From: an uncultured virus (IMG/VR IMGVR_UViG_3300027754_005401)
Taxonomy: Duplodnaviria; Heunggongvirae; Uroviricota; Caudoviricetes
Virus record (IMG/VR): IMGVR_UViG_3300027754_005401
DNA: 59,495 nt
Strand: one strand, 5' to 3'
Shown: positions 33,882-43,623 of the stretch, piece after piece
Numbering within the stretch: the first letter of the stretch is position 1
Layout: each line of letters begins with the position of its first letter
Made by a program: the position numbers and the translations under genes
The notes under the pieces: model-generated
Told to the model about the DNA's origin: nothing
Databases searched by the model: none
What the model saw: the letters and a program-made list of their open reading frames with translations, nothing else

Positions 33882-34622
33882 ATGTCTAAATATGGATTAA
33901 TGTACGCTAATACTTGTAACCTTGGTGACGATATTCAAGCTTTAGCAGCAAAACAATTCTTACCACACATAAACCACTATATAGAACGAGACTCTATTCA
34001 TGAATTTAAAAAAGAATCTAATATAAAGACCATTCTTAATGGTTGGTGGACTCACAATAAAAACGCTTGGCCTCCTCCTAAAAATATTATACCTTTATTA
34101 ACAAGCATGCATATAAACGAAGAAGCTTCTAGCACATTCTTATCAAAAAAATCTATAAATTATTGCAAAAATTTAGATTTTGGAGCTAGAGATAATTGGA
34201 CACTTAAATTTCTTAAAAGTAATGGATTTAAAAATACCTACCTATCTTACTGCCTTACTTTAACTTTCCCTGCCTATTATGGGCCAAGAAATAACAATAT
34301 TATATTCGTAGATTCATTAAACTGCGAAAAAAAACAATTATCACACTATATGGAAAACTTATGTAAATTTACACCACAAGAAAGATTGATTATTGCACAA
34401 GAAAGACTAGATCTTTATAAAAAAGCTAAATTGGTAGTAACTTCTAGATTACACTGTGCATTACCATGCCTAGCATTTGGAACGCCTGTTTTATTTCAAA
34501 TGCCAAATCTTTGGCCACAACGAATATCTGGATATAAAAAAATATTATCTTACAAAGAAGACTTTGAAATCATTAAATGTAAACTTGTTGAAAAATGTAT
34601 AAATTTTATTAAACAATCATAA
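33882..34622 (+). CDS. polysaccharide pyruvyl transferase family protein
   Basis: NLGDDIQ, GARD, VVTSRLHCALPCLAFGTPV. Confidence 0.9.
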   Translation: MSKYGLMYANTCNLGDDIQALAAKQFLPHINHYIERDSIHEFKKESNIKTILNGWWTHNKNAWPPPKNIIPLLTSMHINEEASSTFLSKKSINYCKNLDFGARDNWTLKFLKSNGFKNTYLSYCLTLTFPAYYGPRNNNIIFVDSLNCEKKQLSHYMENLCKFTPQERLIIAQERLDLYKKAKLVVTSRLHCALPCLAFGTPVLFQMPNLWPQRISGYKKILSYKEDFEIIKCKLVEKCINFIKQS

Positions 34623-34661
34623 ATACTACGATATAAAAAATTCTCTTGAAAGGTATTTAAA

Positions 34662-35279
34662 ATGCTTCTTGATTTAATTGGTTTAATTAAAAAATATAAC
34701 ATGAAAATAAAAGGCGTTATCCATATTGGATCACATCATGGACAAGAAAACAATCTTTATAATTCAATTGATATTAAAAATAGAATTTTTTTTGAACCTT
34801 TAAATTCTAATTTTTCAGTTTTAGAAAAAAATATAGAACCAAAACATACCTTAGTTAAAAAAGCATTGGGTAATGAAAATAAAAAAATAAGCATGTATGT
34901 TGAAAAAAAAAACTCAGGACAATCAAGTTCAATATTAAAACCAAAACTTCACTTGATTCAATATCCAAATATAGTTTTTGAAAACACTGAAATTGTTGAC
35001 ATGATGAGATTGGATTCTTTTGAAGAAGAATTGACTGACTATAACTTTATAGTTATTGATGTTCAAGGATATGAATTAGAAGTTTTTAAAGGTGCAGAAA
35101 AAACTCTTGAAAATATTGATTATATAATATCTGAGATTAACAGAGATGAATTGTATGAGAACTGCACAAGAATAGAACAGCTGATTGAATTCTTGAGTCC
35201 TTATGGATTTGAATTCGTTGAACATAATTGGGCGGGAGGAACATGGGGAGATGGCCTTTTTATAAAAAAAGGTAAATGA
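34662..35279 (+). CDS. FkbM-family methyltransferase
   Basis: IHIGSHHGQE, FFEP, GQSSSIL, IDVQGYELEVFKG. Confidence 0.92.
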   Translation: MLLDLIGLIKKYNMKIKGVIHIGSHHGQENNLYNSIDIKNRIFFEPLNSNFSVLEKNIEPKHTLVKKALGNENKKISMYVEKKNSGQSSSILKPKLHLIQYPNIVFENTEIVDMMRLDSFEEELTDYNFIVIDVQGYELEVFKGAEKTLENIDYIISEINRDELYENCTRIEQLIEFLSPYGFEFVEHNWAGGTWGDGLFIKKGK

Positions 35280-35282
35280 TTT

Positions 35283-36062
35283 ATGATAACAATAAGTCTT
35301 TTTGGGACATCAGGTAGACTAGGAAATCAAATATTTCAATTTGCACTTTTATTTAGCTTACATAAATCAAAAGGCTATGAAATAAGTTTGCCATTAAATA
35401 ACAATTGTCAATTTTGGAATTGTTTTGATATTAAGAATGTTAAAATATTTGATTTTGTAGAAAACAAAAAGTTAAATTTTTATGAAGAACTAAGTGGTTG
35501 TTATAACTTTGATAATAATATCTTAAAGCAACCAGACGATACAAAATTCCATGGATGGTTTCAATCATATCTTTATTTCGATAACTATAAAAAAGAATTA
35601 ATAGATTGTTTAAATTTTAAAAATAATATTGTTGAAGAAGCAAATAATAAATTATCAAAATATAAAAATCCACTTACTAGCATTCATGTTAGAAGAACAG
35701 ATTATTTACGCAGTCCTTATCTGGGAGATTTAATAAAAGAAGGATATTATGAAAAATCTATAGAAGGTGACGAAGAAGTATTGGTTTTTTCAGATGATGT
35801 TAATTTTGTAAAAGATTATTTTAAAAATAAAAAAAACTTTAATATTGTTGAAGAAAATGAATACATCTCTTTGTATATGATGACAAAATGCGAAAAACAT
35901 ATAATTGCTAATAGTAGCTTTTCATGGATGGGTGCATATTTAAGCCGAAAAGAAAATATTACTTGTCCAGATCCTTGGTTCCCTTCTATTTTTCCAAAAC
36001 CAAATCACATTCAAAAAGATGTAACTAAACCAAATTGGAGAAAAATAAATGTCTTTTGTTAA
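35283..36062 (+). CDS. GT11 alpha-1,2-fucosyltransferase-like glycosyltransferase
   Basis: GRLGNQIFQ, GWFQS, HVRRTDY, FSDD, IIANSSFSWMGAYL. Confidence 0.92.
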   Translation: MITISLFGTSGRLGNQIFQFALLFSLHKSKGYEISLPLNNNCQFWNCFDIKNVKIFDFVENKKLNFYEELSGCYNFDNNILKQPDDTKFHGWFQSYLYFDNYKKELIDCLNFKNNIVEEANNKLSKYKNPLTSIHVRRTDYLRSPYLGDLIKEGYYEKSIEGDEEVLVFSDDVNFVKDYFKNKKNFNIVEENEYISLYMMTKCEKHIIANSSFSWMGAYLSRKENITCPDPWFPSIFPKPNHIQKDVTKPNWRKINVFC

Positions 36063-37023
36063 GAAAATATTAGTTTTAGGAGCAGGAGGCTTCATTGGAT
36101 CTCATTTGGTAAAAAAACTAAAAATGAAAGACTGTTATATTACAGGTGTTGATATAAAATATCCTGAATATTCAAATACCTTAGCAGATAACTTTATAAT
36201 CGGGGATTTAAAACAGCAACTTTTTTGCGATGAAATATTTAACAGTAAATTTGATGAAGTATACCAACTCGCAGCTGATATGGGAGGTGCTGGTTATATT
36301 TTTACTGGCGACAATGATGCTAATATTATGACTAACTCAGCATTAATTAATTTAAATGTTTTAGAAAGGTGTGTTAAGACACAAGTTGGAAAAGTTTTCT
36401 ACTCTTCTTCTGCGTGTATTTACCCTGCTTATAATCAATTAGATCCAAAAAATCCAAATTGCTCAGAATATTCAGCTTATCCAGCTTCTCCAGATAGTGA
36501 ATATGGATGGGAAAAGCTTTTTAGCGAAAGACTTTATCTTTCTTATCATAAAAATTATAAATTAAATATTAGAATTGCTAGATTTCATAATATTTTTGGC
36601 CCTGAAGGAAGTTGGAATAACGGAAAAGAAAAAGCTCCAGCAGCATTGTGCAGAAAAGTAGCAGAATCAAATTCTGTTATTGATGTTTGGGGAGATGGAA
36701 AACAAACTCGTTCTTTTCTTTATATTGATGAGTGTTTAGAAGGTATAGAAAAGCTAATCGAATCAAACTTTATTGGGCCTGTTAATATTGGATCAGATGA
36801 AATTATTTCAATAAATGAATTAACTAATATGATCATTGCAATATCAGGGAAAAAATTAACTATAAACAACATAAAAGGGCCAACTGGAGTAAGAGGAAGG
36901 AATTCTGATAATAAAATGTTATTTGATAATATTGGATGGAAGCCAAGCTGTAAGTTAAAAGATGGAATAGAAAAAACATTTTATTGGATTAATGAGCAAT
37001 TTAAAAAATTACTTTATATATAG
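36049..37023 (+). CDS. GDP-mannose 3,5-epimerase-like NAD-dependent epimerase
   Basis: GAGGFIG, QLAADMGGAGYI, SSACIYP, YGWEK, RFHNIFGP, EKAPAALCRK, GVRGRNSDN. Confidence 0.9.
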   Translation: MSFVKKILVLGAGGFIGSHLVKKLKMKDCYITGVDIKYPEYSNTLADNFIIGDLKQQLFCDEIFNSKFDEVYQLAADMGGAGYIFTGDNDANIMTNSALINLNVLERCVKTQVGKVFYSSSACIYPAYNQLDPKNPNCSEYSAYPASPDSEYGWEKLFSERLYLSYHKNYKLNIRIARFHNIFGPEGSWNNGKEKAPAALCRKVAESNSVIDVWGDGKQTRSFLYIDECLEGIEKLIESNFIGPVNIGSDEIISINELTNMIIAISGKKLTINNIKGPTGVRGRNSDNKMLFDNIGWKPSCKLKDGIEKTFYWINEQFKKLLYI

Positions 37024-37048
37024 ATTATATTAAGAAAAGGAACATGTT

Positions 37049-37726
37049 ATGAAAAGTTTTGAAATTTATTTAATTGAAGAAGATCTAATTAAAACTATTG
37101 ATATTTCAAGAAAACAATTGTATTGTGAAAGTTTGTTAAAAGAAAATTTTCAAGTAAATGAATTTTTAAGTTTATTACCATCTATGCTTGGCTTACTTGG
37201 ATCAAGCAAACCTAAAGATGTTGAAAGTGAAGTAAAAGAAAAAGATAAAAAATTATTTATTATAGAATTTTTAAAAAGTTCTGTTAAAAAATTAGGTTTG
37301 TTAGTTGTTATTGGTGCATTGCTCTACTTAGGTATAAAAACTGGGATAATAGCACAGTTGCTAAGCTGGGCTGGTACTATAATTAAAACTATAGTTATGT
37401 GGATAGTTTCTTTAGCTGGAGATAAAATTAAAGCAATTCTAGAAAAAGCTTATGAAGCATTCAATGGTTTTGTAGTTGATACTGCATCACAAATTAATGA
37501 TAAAACTGGAGAAGCTGGAGAATATCTAAAAGATCTATTCAAAAAAGGTACTGGAACTTTTGGCAATCCAGATATTGGTAATTCTTGGGATAATCCACAA
37601 GAAACAGATTTTCTAGGAAGAGGAAGAACTATTTTAACTCCAAAAGAAGATAAACCAATAGATTGGAATGGAATAAATGATTTTTTTAAAGATAGAACAT
37701 TAATTGATCCAAGTTTATTAAGATAA
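37049..37726 (+). CDS. CTS-tagged membrane protein
   Basis: MKSFEIYLIEE; long hydrophobic stretch LGLLVVIGALLYLG... Confidence 0.75.
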   Translation: MKSFEIYLIEEDLIKTIDISRKQLYCESLLKENFQVNEFLSLLPSMLGLLGSSKPKDVESEVKEKDKKLFIIEFLKSSVKKLGLLVVIGALLYLGIKTGIIAQLLSWAGTIIKTIVMWIVSLAGDKIKAILEKAYEAFNGFVVDTASQINDKTGEAGEYLKDLFKKGTGTFGNPDIGNSWDNPQETDFLGRGRTILTPKEDKPIDWNGINDFFKDRTLIDPSLLR

Positions 37727-37863
37727 TACAAGAAAGATTTAAATTAGTGAAGATATTTAAAACATTAATGTTCTTTATAATCTCATTTTTTGTAATGTAC
37801 TTTACTTTGAAATTTTTATTGGCAGATCTAATAAATAATTGCAATTGCTTGGAACACTAAACT

Positions 37864-39273
37864 ATGAACTTTAAAAATTGGATTATAAACGAGGAAATTT
37901 ACCAAAATAATACAGCAACAATATTTCACAGAACTCCAACTATTTCAGCAATTTTTTCACTTTTGACTACTAAATTCAATATTGGAAAAAGAATTAATTA
38001 CGGTAGTGGTTTGTATACCACTACTACCATTGATGGTCAATTCGTTGAAGACATGAAGGAATTTGGAGCTTTCGTAACCAAATGGAAAGTACAAGATCTT
38101 GATAAATATATTGTTTTAGGAAAACAACATGCCATTAAAATACATGGAGATCAATATATTATAAGTTCTCAATTAGAAAAGTTAAACGCTTTAGAAGAAT
38201 TCAAAGAAAAAAATAAAGAAGAGTGGGAAATTAAACTAAAACAATGGGATAAATATCAAGAAGTCAACAGTCCACAGATAATAGATTTTTTAAATGACAA
38301 TGAAAAATGGCTAGATAAAAGTAAATCTTTTAAAGGTTGTATTTATCGTGACAATAGATATGGATATTGTTTGTTAAAATTTAATCCTATCGAAGACGGA
38401 ACAATAACATTTTTAGCATATGCAGAAGCTGAAGCTGACGATATACAAAAAATGGAAAAATTAAAAGATAAAAATAGTGAACATTGGATAAAGTCAACCG
38501 AAAAAGCAAGCATCAAAAGTATTTATAGAAGTCCACAAGATCAAAAAACTAAATATGGTATTGAAATTCCAGAACTAAAAATCACACCTACAGGTGGCGA
38601 AACTCTAACTGTTAAAGAATCACCTTTCGTTTATCACCTTTTGATGACACCCCTAAAAACGGGTGTAAAATGGGATTTCAATACCCAAAAAGCCATAGGT
38701 TCTAAGGATTCAGACAAATCAGTCATAGATCCAGTCTTTATATTTTCTTATGAAAATAAAACTTGGAACTTAAAATTTAAAAAAGAAAATTTTAATAGTG
38801 GTGGTTACCTTGGAAATTCAATGTATGAAATCCCAAATATTGACGGAACACCTGTAAAAGAAATTAACAAAATAAAAAATAATAGTAAACTTTGTTTTAA
38901 CGGTAAAAAAGTAAGCAATGTTTGTTTTCAATTTAATTTTGAAGAAAAAAATAAAATTGTTAAAGGTGAATCAGATAAATTGAAACTAATATCATCAGAA
39001 AATAACAAAAAATATATTGTTGACAAAAGAGATGAGTTTGGACAAAGAAATTTAACTGATCTACTTCCAATGTCAGTAAAGTTTTACGCCAGTAGTCAAT
39101 TTAGATTAGAAAAAATTCAAACAAATTGGATCATAACACAAATTGTTGGAGCAAAAAACACAACAAACTTAAATGGAATTCCATTGGAACCATCGGAGAT
39201 AAAACCTTTAAAAGATGGAGATATAATTTCTATCGGAAAAACACAGCAAGGAAAATTGCAAGTTAAACTTTAA
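37864..39273 (+). CDS. CTS-tagged protein with ART-like N-terminus and C-terminal FHA domain
   Basis: MNFKNWIINEE; IFHRT...YGSGLYTT; KNTTNLNG.PL....PLKDGDIISIG. Confidence 0.7.
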   Translation: MNFKNWIINEEIYQNNTATIFHRTPTISAIFSLLTTKFNIGKRINYGSGLYTTTTIDGQFVEDMKEFGAFVTKWKVQDLDKYIVLGKQHAIKIHGDQYIISSQLEKLNALEEFKEKNKEEWEIKLKQWDKYQEVNSPQIIDFLNDNEKWLDKSKSFKGCIYRDNRYGYCLLKFNPIEDGTITFLAYAEAEADDIQKMEKLKDKNSEHWIKSTEKASIKSIYRSPQDQKTKYGIEIPELKITPTGGETLTVKESPFVYHLLMTPLKTGVKWDFNTQKAIGSKDSDKSVIDPVFIFSYENKTWNLKFKKENFNSGGYLGNSMYEIPNIDGTPVKEINKIKNNSKLCFNGKKVSNVCFQFNFEEKNKIVKGESDKLKLISSENNKKYIVDKRDEFGQRNLTDLLPMSVKFYASSQFRLEKIQTNWIITQIVGAKNTTNLNGIPLEPSEIKPLKDGDIISIGKTQQGKLQVKL

Positions 39274-39291
39274 AAAACAAAGAATCGAATT

Positions 39292-40104
39292 ATGAACTTT
39301 AAAAACTGGCTACTAAATGAATCTAAAGCTATAACTCTACCACCAGAAGTGTTGAGCTTTATCGATCAAATAACACCAGAAATTACAAAGATAATGATCG
39401 ATAGTAAAAAAAATCCTGACGGGCTGTTGTACCAATGTTCCGAAATTAAAAAATTAAATAAAAAATGGCATATTAAAGTTCCGATTAAATCAAAAAGTTA
39501 TGATAGATTTGATTACGAAATAACTGGTGTTAAAGATAGAAAGACTGAAAAATATTTTCCTATAACTGTAGTTCTTGATTGCAATTATAAAACAAATTTT
39601 GGTCAATTTTCCGACAACGAAGTTAAAGTAAATACATTCTGGTGGGGAAAACTACAAGATGGATCTACTAAACTTGAAATATCTATAGAATCTGTAAAAG
39701 GTTTGCTTATACATGAGTTCATTCATGCTGTTGATATAAAAAATCACGATGAAAAAGTTATAAAAGCAATATCGAAAAAACATTCCGATGGCGATTACAG
39801 CGACCCTAATGAAATAGATGCATATAGTGGAACTATTACACAAAGAATTATAAGTTACGCAAATGAAAGTAACGATCACCAAAAAACACATAAAGATTTA
39901 GAAAAAATACTAGATTTCATTAAAAGCACCGAAAAATATAGAAATACAAACATAGTTTTATACCCTCTAATTCCTAAAGATGTTGTAAAAATATATAAAT
40001 ATATGGATATAGGAGATGAAACAATAAAAAGAAGAATGCTTTCTAGAATTTATGACGCAGTAATGCAAGCAAAAACTATCATACAACAAAAACAAAGAAT
40101 CTAA
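39292..40104 (+). CDS. CTS-tagged putative zinc metallopeptidase
   Basis: MNFKNWLLNE; LIHEFIHAVD...PNEIDAY. Confidence 0.8.
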   Translation: MNFKNWLLNESKAITLPPEVLSFIDQITPEITKIMIDSKKNPDGLLYQCSEIKKLNKKWHIKVPIKSKSYDRFDYEITGVKDRKTEKYFPITVVLDCNYKTNFGQFSDNEVKVNTFWWGKLQDGSTKLEISIESVKGLLIHEFIHAVDIKNHDEKVIKAISKKHSDGDYSDPNEIDAYSGTITQRIISYANESNDHQKTHKDLEKILDFIKSTEKYRNTNIVLYPLIPKDVVKIYKYMDIGDETIKRRMLSRIYDAVMQAKTIIQQKQRI

Positions 40105-40126
40105 TAAATAATTAATTATGGATTTT

Positions 40127-40155
40127 AAAAAGCGTAACTATCGCATAAATAAACT
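40127..40155 (+). promoter_or_regulatory. truncated cassette repeat with late promoter
   Basis: aaaaagcgtaactatcgCATAAATAaact before ATG. Confidence 0.7.
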
Positions 40156-40716
40156 ATGAAAACATTTAAACAATTCTTAAAAGAAAAACCTTATAACGAA
40201 CAATTAGATATGCCACCACCACAAAAAATTATATTAGGTGTACCTGCCATGAGGCTTGATATAACTGATCTTAATAAGTTTAAAGGCATAGACGATATTA
40301 TAGCAAATTCAAAAGATGCAGAAGATATATTAATATCTTTAAAATTTCGAACAAGTAAAGATAAATTATCCGAAATAAACCCAGAAACTTTAGCAAATGC
40401 GTTAGTCAAAACAAAAGCTGTTCCTGATAAGGTTAAAGAAATACTTGAATACTTTGGCGAACACCATAATGTTATGTCAAAGTATGAAATTAAAAATATG
40501 TTGAATATTACATTTGGAAATTTAGATATTCCACAAGATGTTAAAAGTTATTTAACTACTAAACTAGAAGACTTTAGACAAAAACATCAACAGACAAGAG
40601 ATATATTTTATAAGAAAAATTATCCTGATTTGTTGAAAGGAACAAATATTGATACAAGTTATTATGACTCTGAAACAGGCAAAGGTAAATTTGGTGGGCC
40701 TGATTATCTAAGATAA
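40156..40716 (+). CDS. CTS-tagged hypothetical protein
   Basis: MKTFKQFLKEKPYNEQLDMPPP. Confidence 0.8.
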   Translation: MKTFKQFLKEKPYNEQLDMPPPQKIILGVPAMRLDITDLNKFKGIDDIIANSKDAEDILISLKFRTSKDKLSEINPETLANALVKTKAVPDKVKEILEYFGEHHNVMSKYEIKNMLNITFGNLDIPQDVKSYLTTKLEDFRQKHQQTRDIFYKKNYPDLLKGTNIDTSYYDSETGKGKFGGPDYLR

Positions 40717-40740
40717 AAATTAAATTGTAATAAGCATAAA

Positions 40741-40770
40741 TAATTCATACTATTATTGCATAAATAAACT
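40741..40770 (+). promoter_or_regulatory. degenerate cassette repeat with late promoter
   Basis: taattcatactattattgCATAAATAaact. Confidence 0.75.
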
Positions 40771-41304
40771 ATGAAAACATTTATTGAATATATTAACGAA
40801 ATAGAAAATAATAAAAGCGTAACTAATTCGTCATATGATTACAATCATGAATTTAAAAAATGGACTGTATTCCTCGAAAAAAAAGATGCTTGCTATTATA
40901 AAGTCAAAAGAAGATACCATGTGTGGCCTTCGGCCTACGGTTCTGGGGCCCTGGTTAAATGTAGAAAAAAAGGTGCAAAAAATTGGGGCAATTCTAAAAA
41001 AAACGAAACTACTGAATTAAATGAAGATATATTTAAAGCAGAAAAAGAAAAAGGATTACGAGGCTGGTTTGATAGAAATAAAGGAAAAGGATGGATAGAC
41101 TGCAAAGCTAGCAAAAAAGGAAAACTCGTTTCTTGTGGCCGTAAAAAAGCTGGCAAAGGTGCTAAAAGAAAATATCCAGCCTGTAGACCAACTTTATCAG
41201 CATGTAATAAAACTGGGGTTAAAAGGAAAATAAGCAAAAAAGCTATTTCTTGGAAAAAGAAAATACTTGAAATGATAACATCTAAGATAGAAACAATAGA
41301 ATAA
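40771..41304 (+). CDS. CTS-tagged basic Cys-containing protein (WPSAY family)
   Basis: MKTFIEYINE; KKDACYYKVK...WPSAYGSGALVKCRK; GLRGWF...CGR...YPACRP. Confidence 0.8.
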   Translation: MKTFIEYINEIENNKSVTNSSYDYNHEFKKWTVFLEKKDACYYKVKRRYHVWPSAYGSGALVKCRKKGAKNWGNSKKNETTELNEDIFKAEKEKGLRGWFDRNKGKGWIDCKASKKGKLVSCGRKKAGKGAKRKYPACRPTLSACNKTGVKRKISKKAISWKKKILEMITSKIETIE

Positions 41305-41342
41305 AACAGAACTAATTCATCCTACTATTGCATAAATACATT
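41302..41342 (+). promoter_or_regulatory. cassette repeat with late promoter
   Basis: taaaacagaactaattcatcctactattgCATAAATAcatt. Confidence 0.85.
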
Positions 41343-43583
41343 ATGAAATTTAAAAATTGGCTACTAATAAACGAAGGCATGATAAAAGTATCAGCAAAAA
41401 TTTATACACAAGTAATAACTGACTACTTTGAAAAATTAAAAGAATATAAAGCTTTTGGAGAAATTAGAGCTTCAACAAAAAGTTATCCACTTATAAATGA
41501 AAAAGAAAATCTTTTCAACGATACATCATTTTCTTTTTTAATTGGTTATTTTAAAAAAGTAACATTAAATGTAAAATATAGAAAATTTGAAAAAGCCGAA
41601 CAAAAGTCTTACCCAGCATATTACGAAGCTCAAGACTTTCCCAGTATGAAAATTTTTAAAGGAATGGAATTTAAAGGAACAATTGTTTTGGATTTAAAGA
41701 TACTTGATGTAAAACATAAATATGATTATATTACATTAATTCAACACGAAATAACCCATTTTATTCAAGACTTAGAAAAAATTCACGCTTACTTGAAAAG
41801 CTTAGAAAGACAATTAATTTACTTATACAAAAAACAAAAAGAAGAAAAAGTGAGCTATAGATACGGAAACGAAATAGAAAGAATTCACAAAGCTTTGAAT
41901 TTTGGGAATTTTCCAGCAGAAGATCCATTAGAAGAAAAAGATATGCCTCTTGCTGGAATTTCTCCATTACAAATCACAAAAAACACCATGAAAGATAAAA
42001 AAATTAATTTTAATGGAGTTTTCAAAGTAAAAGATGATTTAGAAACTCAAAAATTAAAAACAATAGATCACGAAAAAAGACCAATTGAATTTCAAACTAA
42101 TCTTATTTCAGTTGTTGGAGATTTTCAAAGAGATTATTTTGAAAAAATTCTAGATGGAAAATTAAAAAAAGAAAATGGATACGAAATTCCAGATGATTTA
42201 TATTCTTTTGATTCATATGGTTCTAATCTAGGTTGGAAAAATAAAATAATGAATTACAATAAAATACTTGAATTTTTTAACAATAGAAATAATAAAAAAT
42301 TATTCTTGAAATCAATCTTAAGCATTTTTGAAAAGACTGATTTTAAAATTTTCCATATGGATGTATGGAAAAGATATCATATTTTAACTTCGATTAAAGC
42401 ACACACTGATAATACTGATACTAATGAGTTGTACAAATGGTACTTAAGTAATATTTATAAAGAATTTGTAAATAAAGACATTGATATGGATTACTTGAAA
42501 TTGTTACATAAACAAGACAGATTATCTGAAGTCCCACTCGAACAAAAAAAAGACCTTTTAATAGATACACTTGAAAGTCTAAAAGGAAAAAAAGAACAAA
42601 AATATTATGCTCGTGATATAAAGTTTTTTAATAATCACGATCCTGATTTGCGTAATTTTAAAATTGATAACAAAGCTGGTGATCAATATTGGCATGCATG
42701 GAACATCTTAAAAGCATTTTATGGTAATCAAAAAAAATACGATAAAGAAATAAAAAATGGTAGAATAATGGATTATGAAAAACTTAACGAGATATTCAAA
42801 ATTATAAAAAGAGATAAAGTAGCTTTTAGAAAAGAATATGCTGGACAAAAAATTGTTTTGAATGAAATATATGAAAATTATGAAAAATTTATCAATGCTT
42901 TCTTAGATCGAATTGTTAAGTCTTATGAAATACATTACCAAAATCATAAAAATGATTATTACGAAAATGATAAAATGGAAGACATTTTACCTAAACCACC
43001 AACAAAAAACGATTTCATAGAAGACTTTAATATAGAAATTAAAAAAGAAGATGTTAAACCACCAGTAAAAGTAGATAAAATCGTAAATACTAAAAGTAAA
43101 GATCTTTTGGAAACTATGGATGTTTATACATTTATTTCACTTGAATATAAAGGTGAAAAAGATGAAGAAGATGATAATAAATGGAATATAATCCATGATA
43201 TAGATGATCGTAAAGAAAAAATTTCTAATGTTTCTTATAGTTATGCAAACAAGGTTGGAAGCTTATTGGAAACTTTTCTTGATCACAAAGATTCTGACCA
43301 TAATATAGATAGATATAAATTAAAGCAAAAACCTGTCAAAAGAAACATTGGTATATATGAAATCTATCACCTTTTTCAATTTTTGGAACGAATACTTAAT
43401 ATAGACGCAAATCAAAAAGAACCATATGATGTAGTAATTGCAAATAAAAAAATAATTGCTAGATTCTTAGCAGAAGATATCGCATGGTCATATAAAAAAC
43501 ATTATGAAGAAAATAATATAGATGAAAAACCACCTACAGCAGAAAAAATATTTTTCGATAATTATGTTACATCTAGTTCCTAA
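41343..43583 (+). CDS. CTS-tagged large HExxH metallopeptidase-like protein
   Basis: True start MKFKNWLLINE; IQHEITHFIQ; DHEKRPIEFQTNL; paralogue of 45203. Confidence 0.8.
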   Translation: MKFKNWLLINEGMIKVSAKIYTQVITDYFEKLKEYKAFGEIRASTKSYPLINEKENLFNDTSFSFLIGYFKKVTLNVKYRKFEKAEQKSYPAYYEAQDFPSMKIFKGMEFKGTIVLDLKILDVKHKYDYITLIQHEITHFIQDLEKIHAYLKSLERQLIYLYKKQKEEKVSYRYGNEIERIHKALNFGNFPAEDPLEEKDMPLAGISPLQITKNTMKDKKINFNGVFKVKDDLETQKLKTIDHEKRPIEFQTNLISVVGDFQRDYFEKILDGKLKKENGYEIPDDLYSFDSYGSNLGWKNKIMNYNKILEFFNNRNNKKLFLKSILSIFEKTDFKIFHMDVWKRYHILTSIKAHTDNTDTNELYKWYLSNIYKEFVNKDIDMDYLKLLHKQDRLSEVPLEQKKDLLIDTLESLKGKKEQKYYARDIKFFNNHDPDLRNFKIDNKAGDQYWHAWNILKAFYGNQKKYDKEIKNGRIMDYEKLNEIFKIIKRDKVAFRKEYAGQKIVLNEIYENYEKFINAFLDRIVKSYEIHYQNHKNDYYENDKMEDILPKPPTKNDFIEDFNIEIKKEDVKPPVKVDKIVNTKSKDLLETMDVYTFISLEYKGEKDEEDDNKWNIIHDIDDRKEKISNVSYSYANKVGSLLETFLDHKDSDHNIDRYKLKQKPVKRNIGIYEIYHLFQFLERILNIDANQKEPYDVVIANKKIIARFLAEDIAWSYKKHYEENNIDEKPPTAEKIFFDNYVTSSS

Positions 43584-43623
43584 AAAACTAAACTAATTCG
43601 TACTACCATTGCATAAATACACT
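43581..43623 (+). promoter_or_regulatory. cassette repeat with late promoter
   Basis: taaaaaactaaactaattcgtactaccattgCATAAATAcact. Confidence 0.88.
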
